Positions 46,478 to 57,491 of a DNA stretch of 64,000 nt are shown piece by piece. The number at the start of each line of letters is the position of its first letter. The stretch's first letter is position 1. Source of the DNA: a virus; the IMG/VR virus record IMGVR_UViG_3300027608_000013; one strand, written 5' to 3'. The notes under the pieces are model-generated. The model searched no databases. It had not been told where the DNA came from and worked only from the letters and a program-made list of their open reading frames with translations. The translations under genes and the position numbers were made by a program.

Positions 46478-47422
46478 ATGAAGAATCATAAATTATTACA
46501 ATTACTGGAATCTGTATTAGGTAAAGGTAAACCTACATCTGGTGGTAATATTACATTCTTCTCTCCATTTACATCACATCACAAACCTAAATTAGAAATA
46601 CGATCTACTCCGGATGAGAATGGCAATTATACTTGGCATTGTTGGATTACTGATAAAAAAGGTAAAAGCATTCATACGTTATTCAAACAATTGAATTTAC
46701 CTAAAGAACGAATTGAACAACTTAATCGTATAATTGAATCAACCCGATACCGAGTAGATACTAAAGAAATCAAAACCAATCAAACAATTCAACTTCCTGC
46801 AGAATATGCTCCATTATGGAATAAAAAAAATACACCTGACTATCGCAACGCAATTCATTACTTAACAAACAGAGGTGTAACGGTTTTTGATATTTTAAAA
46901 TACAGAATAGGTTATTGCGAATCGGGAGAATATTCCAGCAAGATAATTATTCCTAGTTATGATCGCGATGGTCAATTGAATTATTTTGTAAGCAGAGCTT
47001 TTTACAAAGCAGATAAATTTAAACATAAAAATCCAAAAATTTCAAAAGATATAATTGGATTCGAAATGTTAATAAATTGGTCTGAACCAATTGTACTTTG
47101 TGAAGGTTCATTTGATGCAATTGCAGTTAAACGAAATGCAATACCTTTATTTGGTAAAATAATACAACCAGCATTACAAAAGAAAATTATTGAAGAACGC
47201 GTCAAAAACATTTATATATGTTTAGATTCTGATGCTTTAAAAAATGCATTAGCAATTGCAGAAAAATTTATGGCCGAAGGGCTTAATGTTTATTTTGTTG
47301 AATTGCAAGACCAAGATGCATCTGAATTAGGATTCAAAAAAATTACAGAAATTTTAGAAAATACCAACTTACTAACATTTGAACGTGTTATGGAGTTAAG
47401 AATGGGATTGATATGGACATAA
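46478..47422 (+). CDS. DNA primase (DnaG-like TOPRIM)
   Basis: YLTNRG, IIIPSY, LCEGSFDA, CLDSDA, DASE; degenerate N-terminal Zn finger. Confidence 0.85.
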   Translation: MKNHKLLQLLESVLGKGKPTSGGNITFFSPFTSHHKPKLEIRSTPDENGNYTWHCWITDKKGKSIHTLFKQLNLPKERIEQLNRIIESTRYRVDTKEIKTNQTIQLPAEYAPLWNKKNTPDYRNAIHYLTNRGVTVFDILKYRIGYCESGEYSSKIIIPSYDRDGQLNYFVSRAFYKADKFKHKNPKISKDIIGFEMLINWSEPIVLCEGSFDAIAVKRNAIPLFGKIIQPALQKKIIEERVKNIYICLDSDALKNALAIAEKFMAEGLNVYFVELQDQDASELGFKKITEILENTNLLTFERVMELRMGLIWT

Positions 47423-50400
47423 AACACATTGACACCGGAATTGAAATGATTGATAAAATATTTCATATTTCCGACGTACATATTCGTACTTTAAAACGGC
47501 ACGGTGAATACCGACAAGTATTTGAAAATTTATTTAACTACATAGAAACACATTGTACCGGAAATAGTGTAGCAGTTGTTACCGGAGATATTGTTCATAG
47601 CAAACTAGATATGTCTCCAGAACTAGTACAAATGCTAGTTGATTTCTTTAATGGATTCCAAATACCTACCATTGTTATTCTAGGTAATCACGACATGAAT
47701 CTTAATAATATGCACAGGGTTGATGCTATAAGTCCGGTATTAGATGTTATAAGAAATTCAAATATTCATTTCATAAAAGATAACGGACTTTTTGAATTAG
47801 GTGGGATTACGTGGAATCATATGGCTGTTGATAAAACTCCCGCTGATTACATACGAGCTAATCAATTTGATGCATCATATAAAATTGCATTGCATCACGG
47901 AGCAGTTAATACTGCCAAAACGGATATTGGATATCAAATTTCAAACGAACATGTTACAACAGAATTGTTTACAGGTCATGACATTACATTGTTAGGTGAT
48001 ATTCATAAACCAGCACAATTTTTAGATACTAAACAAACAATTGCATATCCAGGTTCATTGATTCAACAAAATCATGGAGAAGCATTAGACCATGGTATTT
48101 TAATTTGGGATGTTGCAACTCGTAGTGCCGAATTTGCTCAAATTGAAAATGATTATGGTTATGTAACTTTAGAAACTCAAGGAGAAACAATTGTTTCGCA
48201 TCCACATCGTATGCCAAACAAACCTCGTATTAGAATCAAATTTAATGGTACTAGTGCAGCTGGGATGAAAAAACTTATTGCAACAATTCGTAAAAAATAC
48301 AATGTACAAGACATAACAATTCAACGTACAATTGATCATGCAACAAATTCAGCATCATCTAGTTTAGCAATAGGCAATGTACGCGACGTTGAATATCAAA
48401 ATACATTGTTATCAGATTATATTGATTCTAACTTTCCTCAAGCAACTGCAGAAGAAGTTGATGCAATTCGCCATATTAATCGAACAATTAACTCAAAACT
48501 TCCTGCAGTTGAATCTATACGACATACAACATGGCATCCTATCTCATTTGAATTCGATAACATGTTTTCATATGGCGAAGGAAATGTATTAAATTTTAAT
48601 AATCTGACAGATGTATGCGGATTATTTGCAGCAAATGCTAGCGGCAAATCTAGTTTGCTAGATGCAATAACATATACTATATTTGATAAGTGTAGCAAGA
48701 CCGGAAAAGCAAATGAAGTTTTAAATAATAAAAAAACCTGGTTCCGCGGTGTATTTCGTTTTGAAATGAATGGTATTACTTATACAATTGAACGACAAGG
48801 TACTCAAAATAAAAAGAAAGAATCACACGTTAAGGTTGATGTAGAATTTTATACTGATTTAGAAAATTTAAACGGCGAAGAGCGAAGTGAAACAAATAAA
48901 AACATACGTCGCTATTTAGGAACATATGATGATTTTATTTTAACTGCATTTTCACTTCAAGCAGATAATAATAATTTTATTGAAAAATCTCAAAAAGAAC
49001 GTAAAGATTTACTTTCACAATTTTTAGATATTACGGTATTTGAACAACTATATCAACTTGCAGCAGACGAAATAAAAGAAACGGCGGGTCGTTTAAAAGA
49101 TTATAAGAAAACGGATTTTGCTGAAATAATTGTTAGTGCTGATACTATTATTTATGAAAATCAAGATACAATTACTGCATTAGAAACTCAAGAAGATACA
49201 ATGCAAGATGAACGCAATACGTTGCAAGAACAAATTGTTACATTGATTGAAACTAAAATGCCAACAACATATACGGGTCCAGATATCAATGAATTGATTC
49301 AGCAAGAAAATACTTTGATCAATCATGTTGAATCAATTCAAACTGATATTGAAACGGCTGAACAAGATCTGGAAATATTGATTGCAGAAATAGAGACACT
49401 AAAACAACAACTAAAAGAATTTGATATTACGGCAATTTCAGAACAAACAACTCTATATAATGCTAAAGAACATTCACTTAACATACATTTACAAAAATTA
49501 CGTCAACAACAGGAAATAGTCAATGCAAAACAAGAAAAAATTAATCACCTTGCCGACCATAAGTATGATCCGCAGTGTGAATACTGTACATCTAACGTTT
49601 TCGTACAAAATGCAATCGAAGCTCAAAATACAATTGACCAAGATAGAAACGTATTAGATGATATAAACCAAAAAATTATATTATTAAATAATGAAATAGA
49701 AACATTGAAACCAGTATTTGACCAAGCTAACCAAGTTACTGCTTTACAAAATACTATTACAACAAACCAAATTACAGTAGAACGCAATGAGTTACAACTT
49801 CAATTATTAGAAAGCGAATTGCAAACTCGCGAATCTGAGTTAGAAACAACTACGGAACGTCAAGACTCATTTCGACAAAATGAAACAGCAATCAAACATA
49901 ATTTGATTATAGACAAACAAATTGAAACTTGTAAAAAAACTATAACGGCATTGTCTGATCAAATAAAAACAATTCAAAATCAAATTAAAAATAATTACGG
50001 GGCAATTGAAGTAGCAAAAACAAAAAAAGCCGCAGCTATGCAACAATTGGATCGATATCAACAACTTGAAACTGAATACAAAGCATATGGTTATTATTTA
50101 GAATCAGTTAAACGTGATGGTATTCCGTATGAAGTAATTACTAAAGCTCTTCCTAAAATAGAAGCAGAAATAAACAATGTACTCAATCAAATAGTTGAAT
50201 TTAACATGGTAATGAATACCGATGGTAAAAATATTAATGGTTATATTATTTATGATGAAGAAAATTATTGGCCATTAGAATTAACATCGGGAATGGAACG
50301 TTTTATTTCTAGCTTAGCAATTCGCATAGCACTTATCAATGTATCCGCTTTGCCTCGTCCTAATTTCATTGCAATCGATGAGGGATGGGGAAGTTTAGAT

Positions 50401-50559
50401 TCAGAACATATTTCTTCTGTAGTAAATCTATTTGATTATTTTCGAACTAAATTTGATTTTTCAATTATTATTTCACACGTTGATTCAATGCGAGATATGG
50501 TAGACAATTTAATTGAAGTAAATAAAATTCAAGGATATAGCAAGATTAATCATGTTTGA
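47413..50559 (+). CDS. fused SbcD/Mre11 nuclease - SbcC/Rad50 ATPase (gp47-gp46-like)
   Basis: SDVH, TGDIVH, GNHD, LGDIH, YPGS; Walker A NASGKS; coiled coil with CEYC hook; SGMERF, IDEGWGSLD, IISH. Confidence 0.9.
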   Translation: MDIKHIDTGIEMIDKIFHISDVHIRTLKRHGEYRQVFENLFNYIETHCTGNSVAVVTGDIVHSKLDMSPELVQMLVDFFNGFQIPTIVILGNHDMNLNNMHRVDAISPVLDVIRNSNIHFIKDNGLFELGGITWNHMAVDKTPADYIRANQFDASYKIALHHGAVNTAKTDIGYQISNEHVTTELFTGHDITLLGDIHKPAQFLDTKQTIAYPGSLIQQNHGEALDHGILIWDVATRSAEFAQIENDYGYVTLETQGETIVSHPHRMPNKPRIRIKFNGTSAAGMKKLIATIRKKYNVQDITIQRTIDHATNSASSSLAIGNVRDVEYQNTLLSDYIDSNFPQATAEEVDAIRHINRTINSKLPAVESIRHTTWHPISFEFDNMFSYGEGNVLNFNNLTDVCGLFAANASGKSSLLDAITYTIFDKCSKTGKANEVLNNKKTWFRGVFRFEMNGITYTIERQGTQNKKKESHVKVDVEFYTDLENLNGEERSETNKNIRRYLGTYDDFILTAFSLQADNNNFIEKSQKERKDLLSQFLDITVFEQLYQLAADEIKETAGRLKDYKKTDFAEIIVSADTIIYENQDTITALETQEDTMQDERNTLQEQIVTLIETKMPTTYTGPDINELIQQENTLINHVESIQTDIETAEQDLEILIAEIETLKQQLKEFDITAISEQTTLYNAKEHSLNIHLQKLRQQQEIVNAKQEKINHLADHKYDPQCEYCTSNVFVQNAIEAQNTIDQDRNVLDDINQKIILLNNEIETLKPVFDQANQVTALQNTITTNQITVERNELQLQLLESELQTRESELETTTERQDSFRQNETAIKHNLIIDKQIETCKKTITALSDQIKTIQNQIKNNYGAIEVAKTKKAAAMQQLDRYQQLETEYKAYGYYLESVKRDGIPYEVITKALPKIEAEINNVLNQIVEFNMVMNTDGKNINGYIIYDEENYWPLELTSGMERFISSLAIRIALINVSALPRPNFIAIDEGWGSLDSEHISSVVNLFDYFRTKFDFSIIISHVDSMRDMVDNLIEVNKIQGYSKINHV

Positions 50560-50585
50560 TATTTATATAAAAGATATTAAACTCA

Positions 50586-53060
50586 ATGAAACGCAAAGAA
50601 GCAGTATATAAAGGTTTACAATTTACTCAAGTTTACTTCGAAGATTCATCGCTAACATCTCCGGAATATTTTCAAATAACAGAATTTCCTACTAGATTAA
50701 CTGCCGGAAAGAATTTATTTAAACTTCGAGGACATCCTACTAATTTAAAATTAGGTGGTGTATTAAATTTAGAAGTTTTAGATTATAATGGTGATCCAAT
50801 TTATACGGAAGTTATAGATTATATTGATGAAGACAAGTCCCGTGTAATTGCAATATATATTTACTCAGAAACATCACCGGGCGATTGCACAGTAACCTTA
50901 GTTTCAGAAGCACAAACAATAAATGGGCAACCGGCACCAACGCAATGGCAAGGTCGACCTAATGTTAGGTGGTCTCGAACAGTTCCTGTCAATCCAAATG
51001 TATCAAATGTTTCAGAAATTATATTTTCTAAATTACCGGAAGTAACAGTTTCTGAACAAGTAGGCGTACAATTAGATAGAATTTATTCCGGAAGTCAACA
51101 ATTCCCTACATATACAACTGGCACAGTTAAGTTGTTTACACTGAATGGGGCACCCGCAATACAATTAACAAACGGTAAATTTACCGGAGATATGCAGACA
51201 GGTACTGTAACAGTTGCTACTCCGCAATCTCCTACTCCTACGCCTAATTATCCACTGTCTACCGCGGTTTATACATCTACGATAAAAAAGATATTATCTG
51301 ATACTACGGCATTGTTAGATCGAGAATATACGGTTTATAGTAGCCAAAGCATTTTTCCACATACTTATACGGAATTTGCAAATTCTACCTATTCATTGAC
51401 TTATGAACAAACACCAACTTATGTTGCAACGGAAAATTCACAATCATTTGCTTTGCTACAAATTAAAGGATTAGAACCAGCAACAGGTGATGTATCCCGC
51501 ATAAAAGTTTATACAAACAATAAAGGTACAGTTGGAACATGGGAATTGGTTAATGATGTTGAGCTTGAAGAAACCGAGATATTTGTAACTAGCACGGCAT
51601 CATTGTTTCCAGATCAAAGCATTGGTACATTTACATCGCAAAGCATTATCAATACGTATTGGGATGGATTTGCATACGTTGGTAAAACCGTTGGTACGGC
51701 TCCAACACTTGCTTGGTCAACTGCATCTTTAAATAACGCAATGAATATTACAAGTGCAACGAATATTGCTGCACGTAATTCGGTATTAGTTGTACAAAAT
51801 AAATCGGCATATAATGGAGTATTTATTGCAACATCATCATATAAAGTTACAATAGACGCCTTAGGTACTCGGGATTCATCGGGACTTAATCCACGGTTAG
51901 CAGTTTATATTTCCGGAAGTGCTGTAGCATTTGATCCTACAGATTATTTTAATCAAGAATTACCAAAGATACTAGGAAAACGAATTGGAGAAATAGAAGT
52001 AACATCAGATTCTCAGAGATTCGATGATACGGTATTCAATTTTGAAACTAATTATACCGGCACCGGCGCTCTGCTATTTGTAGTAGAATCCGGACAATGG
52101 CAAATTGCTGACATACGAACAACAACAGATAATGATGCTGGATATTCTCCAAATTATACTAGAATACGTTCAATTATTGAAACACCACACAAAGCAAACA
52201 ATCAAATTTCATTTAAGGTAGAATATTATAATGTTGAAGGTGTTGTTAGCAAACAAATCTCATATCTTTATGATAATGCGTGGCAAGGTGGTAATCGTTA
52301 TATTGATGGCGATTATTCAATGCTTACAGGTTCACTGTATGTTGCTGATTCATTGAATAGTGGAGTTGCAATCTCCGGATATGCAAATTCTGGTTTTGTT
52401 AGATCATTAGGCTATGAAGGATTTGATGCAGGATTTCCGGGATTCTTGCTATGGAGTGGATCTGCACTTACCGGCCAATTAACAAAATACAATCAGCCAT
52501 ATTCTGGTGTAGGATTGGAACTTTATCTTAATACTTCCAGTTATTTTCGATATTCAACTTCAGATGATGAAATTTATGTAGCAACAGATAATTTCTTTTT
52601 TGGAAATCCAAATTCTGCATATATTAGTGGAAGCAATGGATTATTAGAAATTTCATCTAGCAATTTTTTACTTAGTAGTAGCGGTGATCTTTTTGCTAAC
52701 GATGCTACATTTACCGGAGTAAATGAATCGTCTGCATTTACAAATACAACGGTCATAATTACAACAGCAAATTCATCAAGTTATTTTAAACCTAGAGGAA
52801 GTGGTACAGTAGGTAATCCATATTATTGGGAATTAGTATTAGATGGATCGTATGGTGGTAATATTTGTCAAAAAGTAGTTATTAATTGTAATATATTAAC
52901 AGCTCCATTTAATGCCGTAGTTAATAATTCAACTGCATATAGAGCAATAGGTGCAATTACAATGCCTGTTCGTTCTACTGCGGGATCTTCTGCTATTATT
53001 ACAATAGAATCCGGCCGTACTGTTTATTTAACTGATGCTTTTGCGTTAACGTCATTGTAA
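50586..53060 (+). CDS. large virion/tail structural protein
   Basis: S/T/G-rich beta-type sequence; late motif upstream. Confidence 0.65.
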   Translation: MKRKEAVYKGLQFTQVYFEDSSLTSPEYFQITEFPTRLTAGKNLFKLRGHPTNLKLGGVLNLEVLDYNGDPIYTEVIDYIDEDKSRVIAIYIYSETSPGDCTVTLVSEAQTINGQPAPTQWQGRPNVRWSRTVPVNPNVSNVSEIIFSKLPEVTVSEQVGVQLDRIYSGSQQFPTYTTGTVKLFTLNGAPAIQLTNGKFTGDMQTGTVTVATPQSPTPTPNYPLSTAVYTSTIKKILSDTTALLDREYTVYSSQSIFPHTYTEFANSTYSLTYEQTPTYVATENSQSFALLQIKGLEPATGDVSRIKVYTNNKGTVGTWELVNDVELEETEIFVTSTASLFPDQSIGTFTSQSIINTYWDGFAYVGKTVGTAPTLAWSTASLNNAMNITSATNIAARNSVLVVQNKSAYNGVFIATSSYKVTIDALGTRDSSGLNPRLAVYISGSAVAFDPTDYFNQELPKILGKRIGEIEVTSDSQRFDDTVFNFETNYTGTGALLFVVESGQWQIADIRTTTDNDAGYSPNYTRIRSIIETPHKANNQISFKVEYYNVEGVVSKQISYLYDNAWQGGNRYIDGDYSMLTGSLYVADSLNSGVAISGYANSGFVRSLGYEGFDAGFPGFLLWSGSALTGQLTKYNQPYSGVGLELYLNTSSYFRYSTSDDEIYVATDNFFFGNPNSAYISGSNGLLEISSSNFLLSSSGDLFANDATFTGVNESSAFTNTTVIITTANSSSYFKPRGSGTVGNPYYWELVLDGSYGGNICQKVVINCNILTAPFNAVVNNSTAYRAIGAITMPVRSTAGSSAIITIESGRTVYLTDAFALTSL

Positions 53061-53071
53061 AAAGGATATTT

Positions 53072-53605
53072 ATGGGAATTTATTTATTAAAACCTGGAAC
53101 ATTTCAAATAACAACTGTAGGTGCAGGTACTAATACATTATCAGCTTTAGGTGGATCAAGTGAACCATTTTCAAAAACATTTCATTCTACAATTATAGTA
53201 GAAGCACAAGATGCAGATACATCTATATTTAAAGGTGACTTGCAAGTTAATCAAACGTTAACGGTTAGTGGGTCATTATTAATTAATAATCATTTAACTA
53301 TTAATACTAGTGGTACTACAACAATATCAGCAAATGATTTAGAATCAGTAATATTAGTTTCCACAACTAGTGGAACAGTTACATTGCAATTACCAACTAC
53401 CACCGGAGATTCTAAAGGACGAATATATTTTATTAAAAAAATAGGCGGTACAAATACATTAACGATTAATCCGGCGTCAACTACAACTATCGACGGAGCA
53501 TTAACATTAGCTACAACAGATGCATCAGCATCTATACAATTGTTATCATCCGGTGCTACATCCCTAGGATATTATATATTATCTGAATATGGTACTTGGA
53601 CGTAA
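53072..53605 (+). CDS. tail-fibre-associated protein
   Basis: VTLQLP...GRIYFIKK...TLTI...TIDG motif common in fibre domains. Confidence 0.6.
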   Translation: MGIYLLKPGTFQITTVGAGTNTLSALGGSSEPFSKTFHSTIIVEAQDADTSIFKGDLQVNQTLTVSGSLLINNHLTINTSGTTTISANDLESVILVSTTSGTVTLQLPTTTGDSKGRIYFIKKIGGTNTLTINPASTTTIDGALTLATTDASASIQLLSSGATSLGYYILSEYGTWT

Positions 53606-53629
53606 TATATTTATATAAAAAGAAAATAA

Positions 53630-55654
53630 ATGAATAAAATAACAACATTATTTCCTGGAGGATTTAAACCATTAACTGGAGCACATTTAGCATTAGCTGA
53701 ACGATATGCAGAACATCCTGATACAGACAAAGTAATTCTTTTAATTGGTCCAATGCCCCGAGATGGAATTACCCGAGAAAAAACAATTGAAATGTTCAAT
53801 TTAATTAATCAAAATCCAAACATCATAATTCAACCTACAGAATTTAATTCTCCTATTACCGCAGCATATGAATATTTATTCAACCTACCGGAAGATACAC
53901 AAGGTCGATTTGCAATGGCGGCATCAACTAAAGGAGATGATTACGTACGAGCAAAAGCTTTTGTTCCTAATGTAGATAAATATAAAACTATAGGTGACAA
54001 GAAAGGCCGTACAATTCCTGCAGGTGTAGATGCTACCGAACTAAATATCAATGTAGATCCATTAACATTACCTACCGGACAACCAATATCAGCATCCACA
54101 GTTCGATTAAATTTAATGAAAAATGATTATGCTGCGTTTCGAAAGTCCTATCCGAATCATGACGATGCTGTTGTAAAAAATGCATGGCAAATTTTAACGG
54201 GCCTACAAGAAACAATATTTTCAAAGAATTGGTGGACAACATCATTGCAAGAAGAAATCAATCAAGTTGTTGAAGGATATATGGATCCTAAAACTAATAC
54301 AAAACATCGAGCAAAAATTAAAAAGTTACGCAAGTTTCTGGATTCAAATATTGCAAAACCATTTGTATATAATTTTGATCAATTTGCAAAAACCGTATAC
54401 GGAGTTCCATTAACAGAAGCAATAAACTTAATAAAAGAAGGCGGCGCAGCAGGTCATATGGCGCACCCATATGATGATCATTCATTGTCATTTGGAGATG
54501 TAAAAGAAATTATTGCTAGATCATTAGGCGGACGTTTAGATATAGAAGCTGCGGTAACTGAAAAGACTGATGGTCAAAATATTCAAGTAACATATAAAAA
54601 CGGAGCCATAGGATTTGCTCGTAATAAAGGTACTGTAATCAATCCAATGTCAGTGCAAGAAATACAAGATAAATTTGGAGGCCGCGGACCTATATCAGAT
54701 GCATTTGGAAATGCTGCAGAAGATTTAGCAGAAGCATTTACACGTGTCAATCCACAAACATTGAATGGTATTTTTAAAAATGGACGTGTATTTGCAAACA
54801 TGGAAATTATTTATCCGGCGACAAAAAATGTTATTTCATATGATATTGCAGTATTACAATTTCATAATTTAGTTGAATATGATGAACAAGGAAATACTGT
54901 TGAAACTGATTTAACTGGTGGTGGAATTTTACAAGGTATTATACAAGAAGCAAATGCTCACTTACAAAAAACATTTTCATTTATTCCTCCACAACGAATC
55001 AAGATAGGTCGATTAGAAAATTTTGAAGATCAACAAGCAGCATTTTTTGCAGAAGCAGATCAACTTAAAGACCGATACGGATTAACAGATACCGATTTAA
55101 TTTCTGATTATCACAAAGCATGGTGGGCAGATGTCATCCGAGAAAAAGCACAAGCAGTAGGATATGAAATTCCAGATAGTGTATTGTCTTTATTAATAGC
55201 ACGATGGGCATTCTTCGATAAATCAACAAGTATAGTTGCAGTTAAAAAACAAATTGATAATGCAGACTTTGCAAATTGGGTAAATGAGTTTGATAAAAAA
55301 GATTTTAAAACTTATTACAAACAAAACATGGAACCGTTCGAATCTCTATTTTTACGGCTAGGTGCAGTGGTATTACAAAATGCTCAAAACTTCTTAGCAG
55401 CAAACCCATCTAAGTCGGCACAAGAATTAAAACGAGATTTAGCAGATTTAATTAGAGAATTGCAAACAACTAATGATATTAATAGTATCAAGAAATTAGA
55501 ACATGAATTACGCCGTATACAACGCTTAGGAGGATTTGAATCAATTGTACCATCCGAAGGAGTAGTATTTGTTTACGGTGGTAATACATACAAGTTAACA
55601 GGCGCGTTTGCACCAGTTAATCAAATACTAGGGGTATTAAAGTACGCACGATGA
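53630..55654 (+). CDS. HIGH-family (cytidylyltransferase-like) domain fused to an RNA-ligase-like nucleotidyltransferase domain
   Basis: FPGGFKPLTGAH, ISASTVR; GGAAGHMAHP, TEKTDGQN (KxDG motif I), EGVVF, YKLTG. Confidence 0.7.
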   Translation: MNKITTLFPGGFKPLTGAHLALAERYAEHPDTDKVILLIGPMPRDGITREKTIEMFNLINQNPNIIIQPTEFNSPITAAYEYLFNLPEDTQGRFAMAASTKGDDYVRAKAFVPNVDKYKTIGDKKGRTIPAGVDATELNINVDPLTLPTGQPISASTVRLNLMKNDYAAFRKSYPNHDDAVVKNAWQILTGLQETIFSKNWWTTSLQEEINQVVEGYMDPKTNTKHRAKIKKLRKFLDSNIAKPFVYNFDQFAKTVYGVPLTEAINLIKEGGAAGHMAHPYDDHSLSFGDVKEIIARSLGGRLDIEAAVTEKTDGQNIQVTYKNGAIGFARNKGTVINPMSVQEIQDKFGGRGPISDAFGNAAEDLAEAFTRVNPQTLNGIFKNGRVFANMEIIYPATKNVISYDIAVLQFHNLVEYDEQGNTVETDLTGGGILQGIIQEANAHLQKTFSFIPPQRIKIGRLENFEDQQAAFFAEADQLKDRYGLTDTDLISDYHKAWWADVIREKAQAVGYEIPDSVLSLLIARWAFFDKSTSIVAVKKQIDNADFANWVNEFDKKDFKTYYKQNMEPFESLFLRLGAVVLQNAQNFLAANPSKSAQELKRDLADLIRELQTTNDINSIKKLEHELRRIQRLGGFESIVPSEGVVFVYGGNTYKLTGAFAPVNQILGVLKYAR

Positions 55655-55687
55655 TATTTATATTTATAAAAAAATAGGATTAAGGCA

Positions 55688-56518
55688 ATGGCTGAGAAAC
55701 ACAAAAGCAAATACAAAAAACCAGAAAATACAAAATATAAATCTAGAACAGATTTGAAAGATTATACAATGGATGATAAAGATGGAAAACTTAATCCATA
55801 TTCAAATAAAAATAAACTATCAAATGTGTTGCGTAAAACAGATAAAACCGTACAAGATGATGGTAATTATGATGTAAAGTATAATGCTGATGATCGTTTA
55901 TATAAAGATCTAGAAGATGCGGAATATGATGCAAAGCATGCAGCTAAAGTATTTAAAAAACGTCAAGATGCTGAAGAAAAAGATGTATTAGATGTTCTTA
56001 AAGATAAAGTTGAAAATCTTACGAGAGAGCAACGAGAACGTTTAGTTAGAGAATATGTACGTAGAACAATTGTTAAACAACTAATTGAACAAGAAGATAA
56101 AGATGCACCAGATCCAAATGCAACTCCCACATTAGGTGCACCAGATCCAAATGCAGCACCAGCAGCTGATACCGCTACACCACCTGCAGATCCAAATGCA
56201 GCTCCAGCGCCTGATGCAACAGCACCTGCACCATCTACAGAAACTCCAACAACACCGACTGAACCTGCAGAAGAAACACCTGAAGATAAAGCAAATGAAA
56301 AAATTGCAAAACAAAAAATTGCATTAAAATATTGGGAAGAACTATTAAGTGATCAAACAGGTCCAAATAGTTTAATAGATACTGGATTTGATCCATTAGG
56401 TAAAGCCTTAGGTAATTTAGATGCAAAAGATTTAAAACTAGCTAAAGTCATGATTTTACGTAGACTAGCTAAAATAAGACCAGCACAACCTAGTTCCGAT
56501 ACCAACAAAAATAAATAA
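55688..56518 (+). CDS. hypothetical protein with Pro/Ala (APDPNA) linker
   Basis: ORF track. Confidence 0.75.
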   Translation: MAEKHKSKYKKPENTKYKSRTDLKDYTMDDKDGKLNPYSNKNKLSNVLRKTDKTVQDDGNYDVKYNADDRLYKDLEDAEYDAKHAAKVFKKRQDAEEKDVLDVLKDKVENLTREQRERLVREYVRRTIVKQLIEQEDKDAPDPNATPTLGAPDPNAAPAADTATPPADPNAAPAPDATAPAPSTETPTTPTEPAEETPEDKANEKIAKQKIALKYWEELLSDQTGPNSLIDTGFDPLGKALGNLDAKDLKLAKVMILRRLAKIRPAQPSSDTNKNK

Positions 56519-56521
56519 TAT

Positions 56522-57169
56522 ATGCCAAATAACAAGTTACAAAACATCAAAGCCGTACAACAAATGATTGCCGGCACACATAAGTTTCAAACCAGAAAAG
56601 CAATAGGATTTTCAGATGCCGAAGCTGCAGCTAAAAAATCATTACGGCATGAAGTAGGCGACATATGGGAAGAAATAGATTCCAAAGGCAATGTATATAT
56701 CATAGAACAGAAAGACGGATTCCGAATTAAAAAAACAAAAAATTCAGATCTATTTCAAGAAGTTCGAGACGAATTACGTGCATTTCCTAACTGTCAAAAA
56801 CATGCATGTACATGTTACCAAGCCAATCAACTTGATGAAAAGATGCGAAAAATTCACGGAATGTGTTTTGACTGCGTAATTGAAATGGAACATCAATTAA
56901 AAAAAGATGGAACATTTGATGAATACGCACACAACAAAATTCGCGAAAATGCATTAGCATGGCTCCGTGATGCAGAACAAGATGTTGTAATGTTAAAACA
57001 AACATATACAGAAGCATCTAAGTTTGTGCTTAATGGAGATGGAGAAACTGAATCATTTTCTGCAAGAATGACCCCGGAAGAATTTGAAGAAAAAATAGAA
57101 AAAAGCTTTGCAGAATTTAAAGAAAACTTTTTAAAAAAATTAAATGGAAAAAACAATGAAAACAATTAA
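56522..57169 (+). CDS. hypothetical protein (GDIWEE; Cys motifs)
   Basis: ORF track. Confidence 0.75.
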   Translation: MPNNKLQNIKAVQQMIAGTHKFQTRKAIGFSDAEAAAKKSLRHEVGDIWEEIDSKGNVYIIEQKDGFRIKKTKNSDLFQEVRDELRAFPNCQKHACTCYQANQLDEKMRKIHGMCFDCVIEMEHQLKKDGTFDEYAHNKIRENALAWLRDAEQDVVMLKQTYTEASKFVLNGDGETESFSARMTPEEFEEKIEKSFAEFKENFLKKLNGKNNENN

Positions 57170-57491
57170 AAAATATTGGGCAATTATAGTAGGCGCAATA
57201 CTAGCAGCATTTGGAATTGGAATAGCTGTAAACAAAAAATTAAATGATAAGCAACTTGCAAAGTCAGATAAAAAAATTGATGATAACAAACAACAAGCAG
57301 ATGTTATATCTGGTAAAGTTGATGCAATTGAAACACAAAAAACTGAAGTTAAAACAGATATATCAACGTTGGAAGCCGAAGTTAAAACATTACAAGATAA
57401 AAAACAAAATATCAAAGTTGAAACTCCTAAAACAACAAACCAAGTTAAAACAAATATTTTAAATAAAACTAACAATAAAAAGAAAAAATGA
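57156..57491 (+). CDS. N-terminal TM plus coiled-coil protein (possible i-spanin-like)
   Basis: TM followed by a heptad-rich region; overlaps the next ORF. Confidence 0.5.
   Translation: MKTIKKYWAIIVGAILAAFGIGIAVNKKLNDKQLAKSDKKIDDNKQQADVISGKVDAIETQKTEVKTDISTLEAEVKTLQDKKQNIKVETPKTTNQVKTNILNKTNNKKKK

Noticed and set aside
46478-46660. Primase pseudogene because Zn-finger cysteines are missing (SPF..HH, CWIT)
   Set aside because: The ORF is intact with complete TOPRIM motifs, so a degenerate zinc-binding domain is more likely.
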